DNA from: Bryobacterales bacterium
GTDB lineage: Bacteria > Acidobacteriota > Terriglobia > Bryobacterales > UBA6623
Direction: 5' to 3'
NCBI GenBank assembly: GCA_963422375.2
Contig: OY729428.2
Span: 64,001-128,000, forward strand
DNA length: 64,000 bases
Shown here: positions 13,355 to 23,879 of the stretch, piece by piece
Numbering within the stretch: the stretch's first letter is position 1
Layout: every line of letters starts with the position of its first letter
Made by a program: the position numbers and the translations under genes
Notes under the pieces: generated by a model
What the model was told of the DNA's origin: nothing
The model's database searches: none
The model's input: only the letters and a program-made list of their open reading frames with translations

Positions 13355-14632
13355 ATGAGAGTGCAGCTTGCGTTCGACCGGGCCGGGGCCACCGTGGACG
13401 TGCCCGACCGCCTGGACGCGCAGGTCCTGCGGCCTCGCTTCGCCGAGGGCCTGCCCGACGAGGACGCGGCGCTGGAGGCGGCCATCGCCGGCCCGATCAG
13501 TTCTCCTGGCCTGCGCGAGATGGCCCGCGGCAAGCGCAGCGCGGCCATCGCGGTCTGCGACATCACGAGGCCGGCGCCGAACAAGACCGTCCTGCCCCAC
13601 GTAATCCGCGCCTTGGAGGCGGGGGGCGTGCCTCCGGGCGAGATCACGATCCTAATCGCGACCGGGCTGCACCGCGAGGCGACGGCGGCGGAGCTGTACG
13701 AGATTCTGGGAGCGGAGGTTCTCGCGCGGCACCCCGTGCATTCTCATCGGGCCAGGGAAATCGAGGAGCAGGCGTTCCTAGGGGAGACCTCGGGCGGCAC
13801 GCAGGCCTTCGTGGACGAGCGGTTCGTGGAGGCGGACCTGCATGTCACGCTGGGGTTCATCGAGCCTCACCTGATGGCGGGCTTCTCCGGCGGCCGCAAG
13901 CTGATCTCGATCGGCCTGGCCGGCGAGCGCACGATCAAGCGGCTGCACAGCCCGCTGTACATGCGCGACCCGAAGGCTAGCGAGGGGGCTTTCCCGGACA
14001 ATCCCCTGCATCGCGAGCTGCTCGAGATCGCGGCGATGTCCGGTCACGACTTCATGGTGGACGTGGCCCTGACGGATTCCAGGGCCATCGCGGCGGTTTT
14101 CGCCGGCGAGCCGGTCGCCGCTCACGCCAGGGGCGTGGAATTCGTCCGGCAATCGACCGCCGCCCGAGTCGGCGAGCCCGCGGAGGCAGTGATCACCACT
14201 TCCGGCGGATACCCGTTGGATCTGACCTTCTACCAAGCGGTCAAGGGACTCACCGCAGCCTCGCACATCGTGCGGGACGGCGGCGAGATTCTCCTGGCAG
14301 CGGCCTGCTCCGAGGGCCTTGGCGGCCCGGAGTTCAGCGACCTCGTGCGAGGGTCGGACGATTCGGCGCAGTTGCTGGACGCGCTCGAGCGCCGTGCGGT
14401 GCAGGTCGACCAGTGGCAGGCCGAGAAGCTGGCGATGGTCGCGCAGAGAGCTAGGCTGTCTTTCTGCGTTCCGGGCCTTGCCCCAGTCGACCGGTCCAAG
14501 CTGTGGGGCCCGGCTCACGCCGACCCGCAGGACGCGGTGGACGGCCTGGTCGACCGCCTTCCCGACGGAGCCCGCGTCGTGGTCATCCCGGAAGGACCTT
14601 ACGTGTTCTCGCAGCTGGCAGCCGGCGCCTAG
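13355..14632 (+). CDS. larA: Nickel-pincer-dependent lactate racemase family protein (LarA-like)
   Basis: DITRP, IATGLHR, EPHLMAGFSGGRK, GGYPLDLTFYQAVKG, DQWQ, IPEGPY; substrate not assignable. Confidence 0.88.
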   Translation: MRVQLAFDRAGATVDVPDRLDAQVLRPRFAEGLPDEDAALEAAIAGPISSPGLREMARGKRSAAIAVCDITRPAPNKTVLPHVIRALEAGGVPPGEITILIATGLHREATAAELYEILGAEVLARHPVHSHRAREIEEQAFLGETSGGTQAFVDERFVEADLHVTLGFIEPHLMAGFSGGRKLISIGLAGERTIKRLHSPLYMRDPKASEGAFPDNPLHRELLEIAAMSGHDFMVDVALTDSRAIAAVFAGEPVAAHARGVEFVRQSTAARVGEPAEAVITTSGGYPLDLTFYQAVKGLTAASHIVRDGGEILLAAACSEGLGGPEFSDLVRGSDDSAQLLDALERRAVQVDQWQAEKLAMVAQRARLSFCVPGLAPVDRSKLWGPAHADPQDAVDGLVDRLPDGARVVVIPEGPYVFSQLAAGA

Positions 14633-14779
14633 CGCCTGACCCGGAGCAGCATCCGACCGTCTTGGCTCTGACTCGGCTGTCGTCCGAGCCGCCGTTGAAG
14701 CGACGGCAGGCGAAGGTCCTCTCTCGCCGGACGTCGGAAGTTCCCGCGAATTCGGGTGCGGCCGGGCATCCGGAAAGGA

Positions 14780-15381
14780 GACTCAGTAATTGCAAGCAAG
14801 TGCATTTAGGACCCAATCAATTCTTGATATGGATATGAAACTAACGCCGCTACGAGTCAAGTGGATGTGTTCTTTGTGGCGGAATCACGGGTAGAATTAG
14901 TGAGAGATTCACGAGAAACAATGTTCTAGAAAATATGATCATTTCAAGAACCTTGGCGGTTGAATCAGCGAGTCTAGAATCCTTGGACTCACGGTCCCAC
15001 TAACACAGGTCGCTTGACTCGTTGGTAACTGAAGAGCGGTGGTAATGCTGATTGGAATTTCATGAGCGCTGGATTTTCCCTTTCGTATTGTCGGCGCACA
15101 AGTGATTCAGCAAGTAAAATGATCTAGGACAGAGAAATATTGACCACAACGAGTTTCATTTTTCCAATAATATCTCTAGGAAAAATCAATATTTCCAAAT
15201 CTGACGAATCGAAGAATTTCTGGGCTGATCAACCCTTGGAATCAGTGCTCTTGAGATCATCCTTCACCAACCACATTCCCCTCAATTCACAACGATCCTC
15301 CCGTTGAGAAAACGCATCTGCGGCTCATTTCGCATTTCGCGCATTCGGACCGACGTCGAGCAAGGCGTGTCGTGCCGATTC
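14780..15381. other. Non-coding AT-rich segment with a dense GANTC cluster and inverted repeats
   Basis: No ORF in the track between 14838 and 15409; 12 GANTC sites in 14780-15243; perfect inverted repeat GAAATATTGA (15134-15143) / TCAATATTTC (15186-15195). Confidence 0.8.
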
Positions 15382-15906
15382 AACATTCATCCGTCAAGCA
15401 TAGCCTGAATGCCCGCGCTCGCGATGCATTGCGACCAACCGAACGCCCGATTCCGACTGTTCATGGCGCTCTCGCTTGAAATGCCCATTGCAAGCCGCCT
15501 AGGCGGGCCTGGCAAGGGGCTGGAAGGTGTGTGCGGAGTGCCCGGATTGACCGATCCGGCGCGTCTGCGTCCCCAAGAGCCGCGGACACGAATCGCCCCT
15601 GCCGGTGGGGATGGCGCCTGGCGGCCACGCGCAGACGAGAGGGGTAGCAGACTGCGGCCGGACGTCTCGGAATGCGCGGCTTGCGAAGCGAGATGCGAGT
15701 TGCTTCAATCCACTGGGCCAGCGCTTGTCGCCTGGGCGCGGCAGCGCACGCCCGGGCACCCGTCGCCGTGGCGGCATGCACGCACCCGTGCGCCGAGCGG
15801 GAACTCCGCTGCGCCCCTCAGCAAGCTGCGGCACGGTACTCGCGACGCCTGATGGGGCTTCAGCGTCTCGCGACCTGATCGGATGCGGGGGCTAGGACCA
15901 AGGGCG

Positions 15907-15982
<76 letters not shown>

Positions 15983-16164
15983 AAGCCTACCCGAATCATA
16001 GCATGGCAGCGATTCGTCCGCGAGCGAGCAGCGGGCAGCCGCCATGCGGATGCGCGCAGGTCGACAGGGCCCCTCATGGTATCGTGACCGTACCGGCGGC
16101 CAGCCCTGCGGCCAGCCCGCCGTCCTCTCCCGGGGGCCCGCTAGCAGACGCGACAGGAACCACC

Positions 16165-17439
16165 ATGAACCGACGTAGATTCATCGGCGCAGCCGCCGGA
16201 GCCGGCCTCGCAGCGGCCCAGAACCGACCCGTCGCGCCGAGCGACAGGGTGAATATCGGAATGATCGGCGTCGGCGGCCGCGGCAGGGGCCTGCTGAGGA
16301 CCTTCGCCAGTCTCCCCGACGTGAACGTCCCCTATCTGTGCGACGCGGATCAAGCCTCTCTGGAGCGGGCCGCTCGGGTTCTGGAAGAGGCGGGCAAGCC
16401 CGTCGCCCGGACCACCAGCGACATGCGACAGCTTTTCGACGCCAAGGGCGTGGACGCGGTCGTCGTGGCGACGCCGGACCACTGGCACGCCCCGGCTACG
16501 ATCCTCGCCTGCGACGCGGGCAAGGACGTCTACGTCGAGAAGCCCGCCTCGCACAACATCCGGGAAGGGCGCCTGATGGTCGACGCGGCTAGGAGGAACG
16601 CCCGCATCGTGCAGGTCGGGACCCAGGCCCGGAGCCGCCCTTCCAGCATCAAGGGGATCCAGATCGCCAAGTCCGGCGACCTGGGCGAGATCCTCATGGC
16701 CAAGGCTTGGAACGTGCAGCTGCGCGACGACATCGGGCACAGGGAGAACAGCCCCGTTCCGGCGGGCGTGGACTACGACACCTGGCTCGGCCCGTCCCCG
16801 TGGATCCCGTTCAACGAGAACCGCTTCCATTACAAGTGGCACTGGCACTGGCACTTCGGAACGGGCGACGCCGGCAACGACGGAGCGCACCAGATCGACA
16901 TCGCCCGGTGGGCCTTGGGCGAGGACTACCCGCTGACGGCGAACGGGATGGGCGGTAAGGTGTTCTTCGACGACGACCAGCAGACGCCCGACACCATGAA
17001 CGTCACGTTCCGTTACGGGAGAAAGGCGCTTATCTGGGAGATGCGCATCTGGAACCCCTACGGCATGGACGGGCAGGAAAACGGCGTCGCGGTCTACGGC
17101 ACCGACGCCTCCGTCCAGATTGGACGCTGGAACCGCCGCTGGGGCTACAAGCTATTCGACAATAAAGGCGTGCTGGTGGAGCACAACGACGCCGACGACG
17201 AGGGCGACAGCCACATGCGCAACTTCGTCGATTGCGTGCGCAGCCGCGAGCTGCCGAACGCCGACATCTCGATAGGGCATCTGTCCGCCATGCACTGCCA
17301 CCTAGCGAACATCGTCTCGCGCACCGGGCGCAACCTCCGGCTCGACCAGGAGACGGAGACGATCGTGGGGGATCCCCATGCGAACCTCTACGTGACAAGG
17401 ACCTACCGCACGCACTGGAGCACACCGAGAGGCGCCTAG
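16165..17439 (+). CDS. Tat-exported Gfo/Idh/MocA oxidoreductase
   Basis: MNRRRF twin-Arg signal, IGVGGRG, ATPDHWH, DVYVEKP. Confidence 0.93.
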   Translation: MNRRRFIGAAAGAGLAAAQNRPVAPSDRVNIGMIGVGGRGRGLLRTFASLPDVNVPYLCDADQASLERAARVLEEAGKPVARTTSDMRQLFDAKGVDAVVVATPDHWHAPATILACDAGKDVYVEKPASHNIREGRLMVDAARRNARIVQVGTQARSRPSSIKGIQIAKSGDLGEILMAKAWNVQLRDDIGHRENSPVPAGVDYDTWLGPSPWIPFNENRFHYKWHWHWHFGTGDAGNDGAHQIDIARWALGEDYPLTANGMGGKVFFDDDQQTPDTMNVTFRYGRKALIWEMRIWNPYGMDGQENGVAVYGTDASVQIGRWNRRWGYKLFDNKGVLVEHNDADDEGDSHMRNFVDCVRSRELPNADISIGHLSAMHCHLANIVSRTGRNLRLDQETETIVGDPHANLYVTRTYRTHWSTPRGA

Positions 17440-17625
17440 CAGCGAGCGGCGCCGGCCACACATGCAATCAGAACCCGACCCAGACCCAGACAGTTGGCAG
17501 CCCCCGAGTCTCGCCGCGGACATCCGCCCTTCCCCGGCTAGCGCTTCGCGACGCGAGGCGGCCTGTTCCCCCCGTGGGATCCGCCGCTCCGCCGCAATGC
17601 CGTGCAATGCGGAGAGGGAGCGGCA

Positions 17626-18849
17626 ATGACGCTGCTGATCGTCGTCGCGGCACTGACAGTCGTCATCTCGGGAATCTGCTCCCTGTTCGAGGCGACGCTC
17701 TACTCGGCGCGCATCGGCGCGCTGGAGGCCGAGAAGGCGAGCGGCAAGCGCAAGGCCCTGGCGGCGCGGCTGATCGAAATGAAGACGCGCATTGCCCGAC
17801 CGACCTCCGCAATCCTAGTCCTCAACACCATCGCCAACACGGCGGGCGCCACGATCTGCGGGATGCTTGCCGCGTCGCTCCTCGGCCCGCAGTGGGTGCT
17901 CGGGTTCACCTGCCTGCTAACCGTCATGATCCTGTTCTTCGGAGAGATCCTGCCCAAGACATTCGGAGCCACGCACTGGCGGAGCGTCTGGCACGTCATC
18001 GTTTGGCCGCTTACCGTCATGCAAAAGGGCCTGGCCCCTGCGGTCCGAATTACCCAGTGGTTCGCGAGCCTGTTCAGTTCCAGCCAGAACCAGCCGGAGG
18101 TCACGGAAGACGAAATCCAAGCGACCATCGAATTGGGGCGCCGGCAAGGCGAGCTCTCGGCCTCGGAAATGCAGCTTCTCAGCGCCGTGTTCCGTTTCGA
18201 CGACATATTGGCGCGCCAAGTCATGGTGCCCCGACGCGACGTCGTGTACCTCAAGGCGGAGTGGTCGCTGGAAGAGGGATTGGAGGTCGCGAATCGCTCA
18301 CGTCACACCCGCTTTCCGCTATGCGAGGAATCGCTTGACTCCGTGGTCGGCTTGGTGCATATCAAGGATCTGGTAGGCATCGCCTCGAACGAGAACATCG
18401 ATCTACGGTCGGTTAGCCGGGAGCTGCGCCATATCCCCGAAACCCTGCCGATCAGCCAGCTCCTGCGTGAAATGCAGAGCACCCACCAGCACATGGTCTT
18501 GGTCAACGACGAATACGGGGCAGTGGTCGGCATCGTCACCATGGAGAACGTCGTCGAGCAGATCGTCGGCGCCGTCCAGGACGAGTTCGATTCCGAGTCC
18601 CCGGAAATCGAGCGGGAAGGAGAGGGTATCTTCAAGGTCAGCGGCCAGCTGCCGCTCGAGCGGGTCAACCGTGAGCTGGGCCTTGGCATGGAGTCCCACG
18701 AGGTGGATTCCCTGTCGGGCTTCCTCGTCAGCCAGCTCAACCGACTCGTGCGGTTGGGCGACACCGTCTCGCTGGACGGCGCTATGGCGGAGGTCGTCGA
18801 GGAGGAGGGCGGGCGTGCCATTCAAGTCAGGATTCACATCCAGCAGTGA
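17626..18849 (+). CDS. CNNM/hemolysin-C family transporter (DUF21-CBS-CBS-CorC)
   Basis: N-terminal TM helices, FGEILPK, VMVPRRDV, HTRFP, DEYG...VTMENVVEQIVG. Confidence 0.93.
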   Translation: MTLLIVVAALTVVISGICSLFEATLYSARIGALEAEKASGKRKALAARLIEMKTRIARPTSAILVLNTIANTAGATICGMLAASLLGPQWVLGFTCLLTVMILFFGEILPKTFGATHWRSVWHVIVWPLTVMQKGLAPAVRITQWFASLFSSSQNQPEVTEDEIQATIELGRRQGELSASEMQLLSAVFRFDDILARQVMVPRRDVVYLKAEWSLEEGLEVANRSRHTRFPLCEESLDSVVGLVHIKDLVGIASNENIDLRSVSRELRHIPETLPISQLLREMQSTHQHMVLVNDEYGAVVGIVTMENVVEQIVGAVQDEFDSESPEIEREGEGIFKVSGQLPLERVNRELGLGMESHEVDSLSGFLVSQLNRLVRLGDTVSLDGAMAEVVEEEGGRAIQVRIHIQQ

Positions 18850-18915
18850 TTCCGACTCTCTCGGGGGCGCTCCGTGGAGGTGTAACGCCGACCCACGCGG
18901 AGTTGCCGGCGCCGC

Positions 18916-19938
18916 CTAGAACTTCACGCCCACGCCGCTGACCAGTCCGTAGTCGTTCCTCTCGATACCACGGGCCGGTTCGGTATGGTACCGGTCGAAG
19001 AGCCGCAGAGAATAGGTGAACCGGCCGGCGATGGGCACCCGCAGGCCGCTGTCTAACTCTGCCCGGACGTTGCTGCGGTCCAACAGGTCCGGGTGGACTG
19101 TCAGATGCGTGGACAGCTTGACCCCGCGGTACAGGGTCGTGTCCCATTCGATTCCGAGGAAGCTCTCCCAGGTAGCCCGTGACGATTCACGGCGAAATAG
19201 CTCGCTGACGTAGGCGAAACCTCCCAGCACGGAGAATTGCGTGCGTCTGCTGCGCCGGATCCTCCAGCCGAGGCCGCCGCCTAGGCGTGAACGCAGGTCC
19301 AGGCTGCGACGCTCGTTCCGCTCGAATCCCGCAAGGCCGTAGGTGAAGGTCCTAGCATTGACAAAGCGCTCCATACGGGCGTTGAGCGCGTGACGGCTCT
19401 GGGAACGGGCTCCGTCCTGGCGGGCGAATAGCGAGTCTAGGCGGCCGGACAGCTTGTACTGCGCCGACTCGTACGCCGCCCGGGCTCCGAGAGCGGATTG
19501 CATCTGGTTCTGGTTGCCGCGCGCCAGGCTGTACCCGATGTCGGCGGCCCCGTCCAGTCCGTTCAGCAAGCTGGCCATTCCGCCCCTCCCCACCCCGCGG
19601 GCCAGCCTCGCGATCTCGCGCGAATCGAGGCTGCGGACAACCTCGCCGTCCCGAGTGACCGACGTCGAACCGCCGCTCTTGGACAACGCGCCGTCAACCC
19701 GCTCGCCATCCTCGGTCAGCACGGAGAAGCTCGATTCGCTTCGAATCGACGCGACTTTCGACCAAGCAACGCGCACGGTGCCCATCAGGTCAGTGGCAAT
19801 GGTCAGGCTGCCGTTCTCCAGGCGCTGGACCGCGCCCGTGAGCCGGTCGCCGTTCACGAGGACGACGGTGTCCTTCGCGAGGAGACCTGCTTGGGAGCAC
19901 GCCGCCAGCGACACGAAGAGCAAATGGAGTCTGCGCAT
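18916..19938 (-). CDS. DUF481-like outer-membrane beta-barrel protein
   Basis: Signal peptide, DTVVLVNGDRLTG N-domain, amphipathic strands, terminal GVKF. Confidence 0.8.
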   Translation of the reverse strand: MRRLHLLFVSLAACSQAGLLAKDTVVLVNGDRLTGAVQRLENGSLTIATDLMGTVRVAWSKVASIRSESSFSVLTEDGERVDGALSKSGGSTSVTRDGEVVRSLDSREIARLARGVGRGGMASLLNGLDGAADIGYSLARGNQNQMQSALGARAAYESAQYKLSGRLDSLFARQDGARSQSRHALNARMERFVNARTFTYGLAGFERNERRSLDLRSRLGGGLGWRIRRSRRTQFSVLGGFAYVSELFRRESSRATWESFLGIEWDTTLYRGVKLSTHLTVHPDLLDRSNVRAELDSGLRVPIAGRFTYSLRLFDRYHTEPARGIERNDYGLVSGVGVKF

Positions 19939-20379
19939 GGTGTTGGCTCCGGGGAGCGGTCAGACCGTCCGCCGCAAGCCTGTAACTCTCACTCTAAGGC
20001 TCTCTGGCACGCAATAGACCTGCCGTGGAGAGATACCGTCCCTTCCTCCAACGCAGTCCCTTGCCCGCCCTTGAGTCTCCGCACGGCAACACTCGGCTCA
20101 TCGACCCCTCGTTCTCGGACGACGACCCTAGGGTCAACAAACCAGCAACTTCACGTTTAGGCCACCTCAAGGTGCTCCACAGTTCGCAGGCCGGGTCCAC
20201 GTCGCGCTCACCATTCCGAGCGGAGAGGCCAGTCGCAGCCTGCACTCGGACTGGCAGTAACCACTACATTGCCTGCCTCGGTGCAAGGCTTACATTGGAG
20301 CGAAGTCACGCTTGTGCGGGGGGCGCGGCTGACCCTCCGTGAGACGCTCCGTCTCCAAGTCGACCAGTGCTCGGACCTA

Positions 20380-21855
20380 GTGTTCTCCGCCAGAAGTTCT
20401 TGATCCGTGGGCAGAGCCTGTGGTAGCGTGCTCTCGCAGGAGGGGTGCGAGCGTGCCGAAGCACCCCACAAGGGCGGTCCCGAAGGTCTCTGACGAGCAG
20501 CGCGGGGAGTTGCAGGGCTGGCTGCGCCGGAGCAAGACGGGGCAGTCGCTGGCGCTGAGGGCGCGTATCGTCCTCCCATGCGCCGACGGCAAGAGCGACA
20601 TGGCCGTGGCGGCCGCTCTCGGCACCACGCGCGCCACCGGCGGCAAGTGGCGGCGCCGGTTCCCGAGCGACGGCTGCGACGGATGGCTGGACGAGCCGCC
20701 GCCGGGAGCGCCGCGCAAGGTCAGCGACGGAGACGTCGAGCGCGTCGTGACGCGCACTTGGGAGTCGCTCCCGCGCGGGGCAACGCAATGGAGCCGCGAG
20801 GGAGCCGCGAGGGAGCCGCGAGTCGATGGCGACGGACTGCGGCCTGAGCCCCTCGCCGGTGGGCCGCATCTGGCGCGCCTTCGGCCTAAAGCCGCACCGC
20901 CGCGAAACGTTCAAGCTGTCGAAGGACCCGTTGTTCGCTGAGAAAGTGCGCGATATCACCGGCCTGTACCTGGACCCGCCGGAACGGGCTGTCGTGCTGT
21001 GCGCGGACGAGCAATCGCCAATCCAAGCCCTGGACCGCACCCAGCCCGTGCTGCCGATGCGCCCCGGCCTGCCGGAGCGCCGCACGCACGACTACAAGCG
21101 GAACGGCACGACCGCGCTCTTCGCAGCCCTGAACACGGCCACCGGCGAGGTGATCGGCAAGTGCTGCCGACGGCACCGCTCGGTGGAGTTCAAGAAGTTC
21201 CTCGCACTCGTCGACAAGGTCGATCAGGCGGTGCCGCCGGACCTCGACATCCATCTCGGACATCCATCTCGTGCTCGACAACTACGGCACGCACAAGACG
21301 GTGATGATCCACAACTGGCTGGGGCGGCATCCGCGCTGCCACTTGCACTGCACGCCGACGAGCGCCTCGTGGATCAATCAGGTCGAGCGCTGGTTCGCGG
21401 AACTCACGCGCCGTCAAATCCGGCGCGGCACGCACCGCAGCACGCTGGCGCTGGAGAAGGCGATCAAGGAGTACCTAAAGGAGTACCTAGTGCTTGTGAC
21501 AAAACTCGTATCCCCTTGATAACAAAGGCTTTAGGCCCAATCTCTCAAGGCGAAGATTTCACTGGAATGCTACGACTAGTCCGAAATCCTGCCAATTCTG
21601 GGTAGAGCGCGGAAATCTTCGCGATTGGCGGCTGAGCAATTTCCGACCTTGGGCCCTATATGTTGTGTTTGGAGATCCATCTGACCTCAGGATGTAGTAT
21701 GAAATGCTGATCGGGCCAGAATTCAGGGGTTTTGTCACAAGCACTACCTAGCTGTCTACAACGAGGATCCGAAGCCCTTCGTCTGGACGAAGACGGCCGA
21801 CCAAATCCTCGAATCGCTCAAATCTTACTGTATAGAAATTTCTGGCGGAGGACAC
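20380..21855 (+). mobile_element. IS630 family element, frameshifted and interrupted by a nested MITE
   Basis: IRs GTGTTCTCCGCCAGAA / TTCTGGCGGAGGACAC with TA on both sides; transposase fragments FKLSKDPLFAEK, HDYKRNGTT, DNYGTHK, SWINQVERWF, PKPFVWTK. Confidence 0.93.
21490..21744. mobile_element. 255-bp MITE-like insertion inside the IS630 transposase
   Basis: Perfect 16-bp TIR GTGCTTGTGACAAAAC / GTTTTGTCACAAGCAC, flanked by direct repeat TACCTA; the IS630 frame resumes after it; AT-rich interior. Confidence 0.88.
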
Positions 21856-22278
21856 TAAGGCCGTGACACCGGTTGGAACCAATCATCTCAGGCCACCGCC
21901 ACTCCTGGACGCACCACTGTGCTGACACACGGAAGCGTCACACGCCTGAGCGGAGCAGTGTCCGGAGTGCCTCAGCAGCCGCGCGCCGCTCTGAGGCGTC
22001 GCTTCGCAACGCTCGCTACCCTCGGACTGTGACGAGGCCAACTTAGTGCCCGTGCCCCGACCCGCCACTTCTCCCTGAGATAGCCGGGGCAAAAACGCCC
22101 CGCTCTCCGACCGGCCACTTTACGCACAGCCAAGGTCGGCGAAGCATTCAGCATCACGATCGGGTACAATGGCCGAGTCCGGCATGGTCGCTCCATCGTC
22201 ACGTGCATCGGTCGCCCTAGCTTCGCGCCGGTCGGCTCTACGCACGCGATGGATCGCTAGGGACATGCGGCACCAACC

Positions 22279-22845
22279 GTGCGACGCGTGACCCCCTCCA
22301 TCCGACAAACTCCGAACTCGTGGCACGCCGACGTGCCTGGGGCCCGTTGGTTCAAGGCCGATCTACACGTCCATACCATAGACGACCTTCCTGGCGGTAG
22401 GGCGAAGATGCCACCACAGTTGTCCGGCGATCCCAAGGCATCCAAGTCACTCTCGGACTATGCGCGACTCTTCCTTCGCGCAGCTGTGCAGCGCGAGGTG
22501 CAGGTTATCGGCCTCACACCGCACTCACCACGAATGGACACCACTGGCACCGACAGTGCCGTATGGGCAATTGTCAAGGAATGGAACAGTGGATCCGACG
22601 AGGATGGAATCCCTTTTCGGGACAAGATCTATGCCGTGTTCCCGGGGTTCGAGCCATCTCTGAAATGTGGTCAACAAGGATTGCATATCCTCTTTCTGTT
22701 CGATCCAGAGATTGGCGTCGATAGCTACCTGCGCGCATTTGAAACTGTAATGGGCTCGGTATCTCCATGGCAGGATGGCAGACTAGAACTCTTAACTAAG
22801 AGCCCAGAAGAAGCATTCAGAGACTTGCGTAATCTTTGTAACTAA
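22279..22845 (+). pseudogene. N-terminal PHP domain of a PHP-ATPase (TrlF/Ppl-like) protein, truncated
   Basis: GARWFKADLHVHT, IGLTPH, FPGFE, GLHILFLFDP; ORF stops 3 bp before an IS1595 copy and no ATPase part follows. Confidence 0.75.
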
Positions 22846-22848
22846 TTT

Positions 22849-23879
22849 CCTGATTACCAACGAACGTCAGTCGAGGATATGCTATACTGAAGGAGGTCGG
22901 AAATCTCTGCTAGGAAAGGGGCTAGCAGATGAAACGCAATCGCGTGCAATGCCAGAAGGGACTCAGCCCGGGCAAGTTCCTGTAGCGCTACGGCAGCGAG
23001 GGGCAATGCGAGCAGGCCGTCTTCAAGGCCCGCTGGCCGGACGGCTTCCGCTGCCCGGAGTGCGGCTCCCGACGGCACTGCCGCATCCGCTCCCGCAAGC
23101 TCTGGCAGTGCCATGCCTGCCACCGCCGGACCTCCCTGGTCGCCGGCACGATCTTCGCCGCCACCCAGCTGCCGCTGACCGTCCGGTTCCTGGCGATCCA
23201 CCTGCTGACGCAGGGCCAGCACGGCGTTTCGTCGCTGGAACTGGCGCGGCAGCCGGGCGTCAGCCGGAACACGGCCTGGAAGGTGAAGCACAAGCTCCTG
23301 CAAGTGATGAAGGAGCGCGACGAGCGCGTGCCGCCGGGCGGCATCGTGCAGGTGGACGACGCCTACCGGGGCGGGGAGCGGACCGGCGGGCAAGACGCCG
23401 TTCGTCGCCGCCGTGCAGGTCACCGCCGCCGGCAAGCCGGCAAGGATGCGCATGAGCAGCGTGGCCAGCGTGGCGGGCTTGCGCAAGAAGACGCTGGCAG
23501 CGTGGGCCGGGCGGCACTTGCAGCCCGGCACGGAGGTGCATTCCGACGGCCCGGCCTGCTTCCGGGGCGTGGCCGACGCCGGCTGCGAGCACGTGCCGAC
23601 CGTCACCGGAGGCGGGCAGCGGAGCTGCGCGGATTCCCGCTTCGTCCGGGTCAACGTCCGGGTCAGCACGATGCTGGCGCACGTCAAGCAGTCCTTGGCG
23701 GGAACCTGCCATGCGCTCGACGGCAAGCACCTGCCGCGCTACCTCGCCGAGTTCCGCTACCGCTTCAACCGCCGCTACGATCTGGAGGTGCTGGTCCCCC
23801 GCCTGCTCCACGCCTCCGTGCGCACCCCGCCCAGGCCTTACCCCCTCCTAACCTTGGCTGAGTCTTGTGGGTAATCAGG
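22849..23879 (+). mobile_element. IS1595 family element (type A, copy 1), transposase broken
   Basis: Ends CCTGATTACC / GGTAATCAGG; RWPDGFRCPECG zinc ribbon, VQVDDAY, YLAEFRYRFNRR; early TAG and frameshift; no target duplication. Confidence 0.93.

Noticed and set aside
15139..15150. DnaA boxes in the AT-rich segment
   Set aside because: The best candidate, TTGACCACA, has two mismatches to TTATCCACA, which is too weak to call oriC.
14640..15906. Prophage or island integrated at tRNA-Ala
   Set aside because: No integrase and no duplicated tRNA 3' end was found.
15891..15906. Shared 3' trailer CGCCCT...CCTAGCCC after both tRNAs
   Set aside because: Only 6 bp are truly shared, and part of the longer match at tRNA-His comes from the IS1380 end and its target.
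19940..20379. ncRNA or riboswitch upstream of the DUF481 gene
   Set aside because: I could not recognise any RNA family motif; an Rfam scan would be needed.
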